A stretch of 47,592 nucleotides of DNA from Nemertoderma westbladi (Eukaryota; Animalia; Xenacoelomorpha): NCBI GenBank assembly GCA_032718475.1, contig JAUCBJ010003358.1, positions 1 through 47,592 of the forward strand. The letters run 5' to 3'. How positions within the stretch are numbered: the stretch's first letter is position 1; every line of letters begins with the position of its first letter. Position numbers and translations under genes: made by a program. A model generated the notes under the pieces. That model did not search any database. It was given only the letters and a program-made list of their open reading frames with translations, and was not told the DNA's origin. Positions 39,401 to 47,592 of this stretch are shown here, in pieces.

Positions 39401-40994
39401 AATGATAGATACTGAAAGAAATGATAGATACTGAAAGAAATGATAGATACTGAAAGAAATGATAGATACTGAAAGAAATGATTGATACTGAAAGAAATGA
39501 TAGATACTGAAAGAAATGATAGATACTGAAAGAAATGATGAATACTGAAAGAAATGATAGATACTGAAAGAAATGATAGATACTGAAAGAAATTATAGAT
39601 ACTGAAAGAAATTATAGATACTGAAAGAAATGATAGATACTGAAAGAAATGATAGATACTGAAAGAAATGATAGATACTGAAAGAAATGATAGATACTGA
39701 AAGAAATGATAGATACTGAAAGAAATGATAGATACTGAAAGAAATGATAGATACTGAAAGAAATGATAGATACTGAAAGAAATGATAGATACTGAAAGAA
39801 ATGATAGATACTGAAAGAAATGATAGATACTGAAAGAAATGATAGATACTGAAAGAAATGATAGATACTGAAAGAAATGATAGATACTGAAAGAAATGAT
39901 AGATACTGAAAGAAATGATTGATACTGAAATAAATGATAGATACTGAAAGAAATGATAGATACTGAAAGAAATGATAGATACTGAAAGAAATGATAGATA
40001 CTGAAAGAAATGATAGATACTGAAACAAATGATAGATACTGAAACAAATGATAGATACTGAAAGAAATCATAGATACTGAAAGAAATGATAGATACTGAA
40101 AGAAATGATAGATACTGAAAGAAATGATAGATACTGAAAGAAATGATAGATACTGAAACAAATGATAGATACTGAAACAAATGATAGATACTGAAAGAAA
40201 TCATAGATACTGAAATAAATGATAGATACTGAAAGAAATGATAGATACTGAAAGAAATGATAGATACTGAAAGAAATGATAGATACTGAAAGAAATGATA
40301 GATACTGAAACAAATGATAGATACTGAAACAAATGATAGATACTGAAAGAAATCATAGATACTGAAAGAAATGATAGATACTGAAAGAAATGATAGATAC
40401 TGAAAGAAATGATAGATACTGAAAGAAATGATAGATACTGAAAGAAATGATTGATACTGAAATAAATGATAGATACTGAAAGAAATGATAGATACTGAAA
40501 GAAATGATAGATACTGAAAGAAATGATAGATACTGAAAGAAATGATAGATACTGAAACAAATGATAGATACTGAAACAAATGATAGATACTGAAAGAAAT
40601 CATAGATACTGAAAGAAATGATAGATACTGAAAGAAATGATAGATACTGAAAGAAATGATAGATACTGAAAGAAATGATAGATACTGAAACAAATGATAG
40701 ATACTGAAACAAATGATAGATACTGAAAGAAATCATAGATACTGAAATAAATGATAGATACTGAAAGAAATGATAGATACTGAAAGAAATGATAGATACT
40801 GAAAGAAATGATAGATACTGAAAGAAATGATAGATACTGAAACAAATGATAGATACTGAAACAAATGATAGATACTGAAAGAAATCATAGATACTGAAAG
40901 AAATGATAGATACTGAAAGAAATGATAGATACTGAAATAAATGATAGATACTGAAAGAAATGATAGATACTGAAAGAAATGATGAATACTGAAA
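24449..40994. repeat. 19-bp satellite array, about 16.5 kb (roughly 870 units), consensus GATAGATACTGAAA(C/G)AAAT
   Basis: Uninterrupted tandem array with a small set of recurrent single-base variants and one visible 18-bp unit near 26807. Confidence 0.99.
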
Positions 40995-41967
40995 TCAGAG
41001 CTTTTACTACCATCATATGGTGTATGTATGCAACTAGTATGGAGATTGCAGCATATACATATATTTATTACTTATTTATGCACCGAATTTATAATATTTA
41101 CTTATTTAATATAGGCCGTAACAGTCCGGAAAAGATAATTAATAATACTGTAGAACATCTGTATATGAAAATACCAAATATATTCTGATAATATGATAGA
41201 TTGTGTATGTGGTGCTTTACATAGCTACTTTACAACAAATTATTTAATTTAAGTTAATGTAGTATTCGTACTCTGTATTCAGTTCGTACGGTATTATATT
41301 TATAATGTAGATACAGTATTAGTGTGTAGGCCTACTCGACATGTTAACTGAGTGGATATTATATTATTTAAACAAAAGCCGATGCTATAAAGGAGGGGGG
41401 GGGGGGCTAATTAAATTAAACAAGAAAACATTGTTGTTGAGCAGCACCTGTTCGACTTACCGCTGACAATTGAAACAATAATAATAAAATTAAAGAGACC
41501 AATACGCCTACCCAAAATCTATATTTGTTATATATAAAGTTACTATTATTTTGAAACTTTAACATAATGATCTTTTACTATGAAAACTGAGTATGGATAG
41601 CTCCGTAAACCCGCTTGAAATATGATATGGCACAATAAAATATGGCACAATTTATGCAGGTCGGTTTTTTCAAAATTTGTAAACTTTTATAAATGTAAAA
41701 TACTGTATATTATGTTTTGAAGGATCAGTAATAATACGACCTAGTTGCAGTTCTCGGTCCAAGACTTTGGCAAAATGGACTTATGTAGGCTATCTTAAAT
41801 GAAAATTTCTGCACAAAATTATTGTTTTTGAAAACTTGAATGGGGGTTTAGTATGTTCGGGCTATATTGAGGGATTTAAATATTTTGTGATAGACAAAGG
41901 GTAGCAGTTACAAAATGGGTTCTGGAAGATCCAAATGGCTATGTTTTACAAAATCAATACGAGTAAG

Positions 41968-42307
41968 TCAACGAATTTGAACATTTCTTCGACGAAGACC
42001 GCGAATTTTCGCAAACGTCGCGATATTTTTTTTCTAGAACTAATAATATATTTTATTCTGAAAAATTTTAAAAAATATATTTTTAATTTTAGATTTTCTT
42101 ACTTTTTAAAAATGTTGTGGAAAATTCGCGAAGATCGCGACGTTTGCGAAACTCCACCTATCGTATTGCTAAACACAAAATTTAGCGAATTTTTGTGTTT
42201 ACGAATACTATACTGTCTACACAACTACATACTATAGAATCTTATAAAAAATCGCGATGTTTGCAAAATTTCGCGATCTTCGCCGAAGAAATGTTCAAAA
42301 TCGTTGA
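41968..42307. mobile_element. MITE, about 340 bp, with ~60-bp imperfect TIRs
   Basis: TCAACGAATTTGAACATTTCTTCGACGAAGACCGCGAA... versus ...TTCGCGATCTTCGCCGAAGAAATGTTCAAAATCGTTGA. Related motif repeated centrally at about 42125-42150. Confidence 0.75.
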
Positions 42308-42923
42308 GCCCTAAAGACCAATCCTAATGATTGTAGCCCAAAAGGTGATGAACATTTTGGTATATGTTTGATGACAATTCAGTAAAAATTAAAAAATTAG
42401 GTTGGAATTTAGTGATGTAAAAAGTAAAAATAAAAAAAACTGAGGAAAGGTGGTTTTATACAGAAAGTCACGAATATCAGCCATAAATACTGTTGTTGAA
42501 AATCGCCGTTTTGTGGTTAAAAAATCATTCACTGGTGAAAAGCGATGTCACCAAATAAATCCCTTCTATCAAACTACAAAAACAGATGAAAAATGTTTTT
42601 TTGAAAATTTTGTAAATTTTCGAAATTTCATTTCCGTTGGGCGTAATGCTCACCTTAATGTCATTTGCTTTTTGCTTTATTAACCGTCAACTGGTAACCA
42701 ATCCGCCAGTGGCTCAGGTAAAAAGTAGACCTGAAAATACTACAGGTTAATATATTAAACTAATAATAAATTATGAAAATATGTTCTATGGGAGTTTCAA
42801 TACATTCGGCCTCCCAACAACAATTACTCTTAACTGAAATTCCTTAAATTCCTATTGTTGGCACAATGGGCGCAAACTGCACCAAACTGAAGACAAATTA
42901 ATATAAAACACTTTTATACTGCA

Positions 42924-42925
<2 letters not shown>

Positions 42926-42954
<29 letters not shown>

Positions 42955-43207
42955 TGATCGGCATGCTGCATTGCAGCTGCATTTTTAAGAATGCTGTGCC
43001 GGCTTGTCAACAAAATTGCACCGCCACAACTCCCTATCACCCATGACATTTGCTAGATCATCCGCATCTTTAAGGCCAGTGTCCTTTAAGATGCGTCTCA
43101 AGAAAGTCATGGGCTGTCCACCATGCTTATTCACTCCATGAGGCTGCCAAAGTACAAGATTATGCACTGGCTGGTCCTCACGGCGAAAGCAATGTCCTGC
43201 AAAGCGG
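42926..43207 (-). mobile_element. Heavily 5'-truncated RTE-type LINE, copy 3
   Basis: Reverse-complement match to 4286-4555 (RFAGHCFRREDQPV...DKPAQHS), (CTA)10 tail, probable TSD ACTGCAAC at 42918-42925 and 43229-43236. Confidence 0.92.
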
Positions 43208-43819
43208 TAAAGCAAAGCAAGTTGCATAACTGCAACAATATAATATTAGGGTAATCGTCGTTCGTATATCTGCGACCATAATGTAATTATTACATACTGT
43301 AACAATCATATTAATTACATTATGTAACCATTATTGCCTTTCGCACCGACAAAAACTTGATGTCTGTATAGTGTCAGGTTGTACCTACATTGGATTTGCT
43401 TAGAATCCAGACATATTCTCCGTAATTAAATGATTCCTTAGTAAAGCGCAGACTTCCGTTTCCTTATCAAATCATAGCATTTTCCTTAGCCGATGCAAAT
43501 CTGTAATTTATACGCATATAATGTAGGCCTATGTATTAAATATTTTAGGTAATACATTCGCGCTACGATCTGAATGTATATACATTTCGAAAGCTCTTAA
43601 CAAAACAACCCATCATATGTTTGATCTATTCAAATTCTCATCCTTCAAATTCAAGTCAAGTGTACTAAGTGAGGGTGGTTCCTTTATAATTGTTCCCGCA
43701 ACTTGGGCTTGGGGGCTGCCTGACGTCCACAGCATTGATTTCGCAATAACATTTACTCTACTGGGAATATCCAGTAAATCACATTTGGAAAATCAAGGAG
43801 GGTGGGGCTCTTTACAATG

Positions 43820-44100
43820 AAATGAACACACATTGTTCGTCATCTACACCCTTTTTTTGCATGACAGCGATAAAGAAGCTCCATACAGTACTGTACATAT
43901 AATACTTTGTCACTCCAAAAGGCAGATGTAGACAGACATTTTGCGTCAGAGAAACAGAAACAAATAAAAAATTGTTAAAATTCAATCTAGGCACACATGT
44001 TGACACCAACACCAATTAATTGCTGTACATCGCAACAAACAATCATTGTGAAATTTTTCATAAATCAAGAAACACCGCATAGCATCCATATGGCTTGGCA
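43820..44100 (-). pseudogene. Possible highly decayed CR1/L2-type RT fragment
   Basis: Minus-strand remnants in RT order: YAVFLDL*K, LPFGV, KGVDD. Weak. Confidence 0.35.
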
Positions 44101-45259
44101 CTAATAACGGTTACATAGAAACTACCAGAGAAGGAAATTAATTTCAACGTTACAATTGACCTAATTTAAATCTCAACCTTTGGACGAGGCGTGAATTAAA
44201 TAATACTTAATTTCCCGTCCGTCTGGATATTATGACTTAATTTCCCGCTGCTCGGTAACTAGTAAATTTAAGTAAATTTGTGACTAAATATGAACTCAAC
44301 GCAAATCCCATCTCGGTAAAATAATATCTTGCCACAATGCTAAATTGACAAAAATGGAAAAAATGCAGGTTACAGAGGTATGATATTCCAACCAAAACAA
44401 TAAACGACCCGGATCCCCCATCGATGACCTTCCCTACATATTTTCTCTCTTCCTCTTCCTCATAATCTCATCAAAGACCGCGCGTCGGTCACTTCTCAAA
44501 CGACACCGTATTAGGCAGTAAGGATGATATTGTTGGAGCCACCCAAGCTGTATCGACTAAAGGGGTATTCTTTCAGTTAGGCACATTCTCCGTGGGTGTG
44601 ACTGGTTACAAAAACTTGTAAAGCAGTAACTGCGCGACCAAGATTCAAACAATATGAAGCAGATTTCCTTTTGAAGAAAGAAGCATTCTAAACTAGGAAT
44701 CGATTTGCGAACAATAATTACTTGACGTGAACCACCTAAAGGCGTGAAATCTTATCAGTTATTCTGCTACTGGAAAAGTGGTAGGGGAGGCAAGAAAATG
44801 AGATACTCTGATTAATTTAGTTACAGTAGACACACGATTCGGATAAAATTTAAATTGTTAAATACTGAAATTGCAATTTAAAGAAGCTGCTTGGCTTTTT
44901 ACAACTTGGCTTAAAGAGAGAAGGTTGACGTAGGTATTTTGAACCTTTGTAAATCGTAAAACTGCGAAATTGTTAAACAAGTTTTATTGATTTTATCTTC
45001 ATTGAATTTTGTTATAATATTTGTATGAAATCCATTGAAGCGCAATTGTTACACACATCTGTTGCCAAAGTGTTTGAAGACCGATCGAACAAGACCCAAT
45101 TCAAATTTACTCGTCGGAAACATCAAAGCCATCACATATTTATGAACGTTAAGCCGCGCCGGTTTAATAGCATATTATATAATAAATTATTGCATTCTCA
45201 CTACTTCCTTCACCTTATCATTAATTCACAACTTAGTTACTTAATCTACACCCAAGCAG

Positions 45260-45937
45260 GACGGTGTACAAGGCTGAGATAACTCCACTCCCTCTTGAAA
45301 TTATATCCCCAGTCGTCTCAGCCTAGGCTGGGAACACTCCTCAGTTGTCACAGCCTAGGCTGGGAACACTCCTCAGTTGTCACAGCCTAGGCTGGGAACA
45401 CTCCTCAGTTGTCACAGCCTAGGCTGGGAACACTCCTCAGTTGTCACAGCCTAGGCTGGGAACACTCCTCAGTTGTCACAGCCTAGGCTGGGAACACTCC
45501 TCAGTTGTCACAGCCTAGGCTGGGAACACTCCTCAGTTGTCACAGCCTAGGCTGGGAACACTCCTCAGTTGTCACATCCTAGGCTGGGAACACTCCTCAG
45601 TTGTCACAGCCTAGGCTGGGAACACTCCCCAGTTATCCCATCATAGACTGAGAACACTCACCTTGCCTTAGGCTGAGGATGAGTCCCCCTTAGGCTTAGA
45701 TGACCTCCCTAATTGAGTTATATTTCACATCCGTACCTGTGGTATTTTCGTATATTGCAAAATTAAGACTGTAACCTATGTTATTGAGTTATCGTTTATT
45801 GTTTTGGTTTGAAAAACGCTATAACCTGCTCCTTTCCGTTAATTGAGAAATCTAGGGAGAAAACTGGGGAGTGTTCTCAGATCTCAGCCTAGGCTGAGAA
45901 GACTGGTGGGGAGATATCTCAGCCGTTACAACGGCCG
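45260..45937. mobile_element. MITE-like element containing a 32-bp tandem array
   Basis: Imperfect inverted ends (TGTACAAGGCTGAGATAACTCC versus GGAGATATCTCAGCCGTTACA). An inverted copy of the array unit lies at about 45862-45905. Confidence 0.55.
45319..45660. repeat. 32-bp tandem repeat, about 10 units, each containing the palindrome CAGCCTAGGCTG
   Basis: CAGCCTAGGCTGGGAACACTCCTCAGTTGTCA repeated head to tail without spacers. Confidence 0.95.
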
Positions 45938-47239
45938 TAGTTAATAACCTTTAAAATGTGTGTTTGGTTAAAATAGTCCTCGGTACAGTGCTCGATCCAA
46001 TAGGTTGAGTAGAGCTCTGTTAAAATTCAGACTTTGTACGCATGGGGGGAGGGGGGGGGGGGGGAGGGGGGGGGGGGGTGACATTCTGTGATGGCGTCAC
46101 CGTTAATTGGATGAACACTCGTGAGCATACCATCAGAGATATTCGGACGAAGGTCAGACAGTAGCCATGAGGGCGGCGGCTTCGTCCCGACAAAAATTTA
46201 ACTATATGTTGTGGTACTGACTCTCGTTCTCGTTTATGGATTTTATTGGTAGGAAAACAAGCCTCACCTTACGGCATCAACCTATGCAATTTGTATGCTA
46301 TTATAACTACACGTTTTTACAACCGAATCAAGTCTAGAAGCATAAAGTATATTATATTAATATATTAAATTCGGATGTGCGATGGTGTCTATCTAAACTG
46401 ATGATAAAACCACACAAAAAGACAATTAAACCACCTGTAACAAGCGGGCTAGCCGATCATAGGGACTATTTCCAACGTGCTCCAGGTTTTCTTTAGCAAT
46501 GTTCAAATACAAAACCAGACCACTCTATTTCTCACTGTTGACACAAATTAGCACTTTAACAAAAGTATGTATAGATTTTGTAAATTATATTGAAATTGCG
46601 TAGGCGTTCACATATTGGTGTGTGTGTCTGGGGGGGGGGGGGGGGGGGGGGGGGGCGTAACGCCTCAGAATTTTAATTCCCAAAGAACCTACTGTAGGCC
46701 CCACATTATATTGTATGCCAGTAGTGAGGGTAGCTAACCGTCGGTGAATGTTTCTTCGGGGTTGCTTTACGCTCGACCGCATCTGCAAGAAAGCACGAAA
46801 TTAAGCAGATGCGGGGCTTTACAGAAAGATCCGCCTCTGATTAAAGTAAAGGCCACATTGCTAAGTCTGCTAATTGCGTAGAGTTATTACGCATTTATTC
46901 GCATAAAGTAAATCACATAATTGGAAGATTCACTTATATAATTTTGAAATAATAATAAAATTATTCGGTTCTAGAAGTTGCAGTAATAAGGATATACTGT
47001 ATATATATAATATATATATACTGTATATATATAATACCCACTGTAGTATTTTAGATACGTAACAGTAAATCTGCACAACATTCCCAATGCAGCTGAAATG
47101 CAGCTGCAATGAACCATTCTGATTATTGATAATAACAGTATATAATGCAATGGGTCCCGGCCTATCTCTCTCTGGAATGTGTGTGTGCGGACTGGACTGT
47201 ATTTGTCAAGGCTGTCTGCATAGGGACACCGTTCAGTCA

Positions 47240-47592
47240 GTGTCCGGACTGTCTGTATCCGGACATCGTACACTATGTGTCCGGACTGTCTATATCGGAC
47301 ACCGACACTATGTGTCCGGACTGTATGTATCGGACACCGTACACTCTGTGTCCGGACTGTCTGTATCGGACACCGTACACTATGTGTCCGGACTGTCTAT
47401 ATCGGACACCGTACACCCTGTGTCCGGACTGTCTGTATCGGACACCGTACACTCTGTGTCCGGACTGTCTGTATCGGACACCGTACACTATGTGTCCGGA
47501 CTGTCTATATCGGACACCGTACACCCTGTGTCCGGACTGTCTGTATCGGACACCGTACACTCTGTGTCCGAACTGTCTGTATCGGACACCGT
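47240..47592. repeat. 36-bp tandem repeat, about 10 units, running off the window end
   Basis: TGTGTCCGGACTGTCT(G/A)TATCGGACACCGTACAC(T/C)(A/C), with an internal inverted repeat TGTCCG/CGGACA. Confidence 0.95.

Noticed and set aside
24907-40845. Giant minus-strand ORFs of up to 2969 aa (FQYLSFVSVSIICFSIYHL repeats)
   Set aside because: Artefact of a 19-bp unit lacking stops on that strand. All three frames give the same 19-aa cycle, and stops appear wherever TTATAG/TCATAG variants fall.
44420-44720. Minus-strand DRRAVFDEIMRKRKREN resembling a LINE ORF1 fragment
   Set aside because: Too short and interrupted to support without a profile search.
45319-45660. CRISPR-like 32-bp palindromic repeats (likewise the 36-bp array at 47240 and the 68-bp array at 16405)
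   Set aside because: Head-to-tail repeats with no unique spacers, no cas genes, and a eukaryotic context.
46044-46655. Poly-G runs (also near 6320, 13458 and 41395)
   Set aside because: Simple homopolymers of uncertain length with no associated structure.

Overview
AT-rich, repeat-dense eukaryotic (animal, probably marine invertebrate; taxon not determinable) genomic window. Host content is limited to two spliced minus-strand exons of a class A, neuropeptide-receptor-like GPCR (8013-7632 and 7023-6933). Everything else is repetitive: three 5'-truncated copies of one RTE-type LINE with (TAG)n tails and target-site duplications, decayed LINE fragments, a Penelope-like remnant with a minimal hammerhead ribozyme (11592-11640), Helitron/HINE-like pieces, several MITEs (some carrying expanded tandem arrays, including an ~800-bp (GGGTGT)n tract), a complete 4.6-kb LTR retrotransposon (19229-23832, minus strand, AGTGT TSD) and a 16.5-kb 19-bp satellite (24449-40994) that produces all the giant spurious ORFs. 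The most unusual signal is in the LTR element: it has a divergent RT and no TGG-type PBS. Instead, the 12 nt abutting the 5' LTR are exactly complementary to the first 12 nt of tRNA-Ile(AAU), suggesting priming by a 5' tRNA fragment. Coordinates of decayed repeats are approximate, and no database searches were run.
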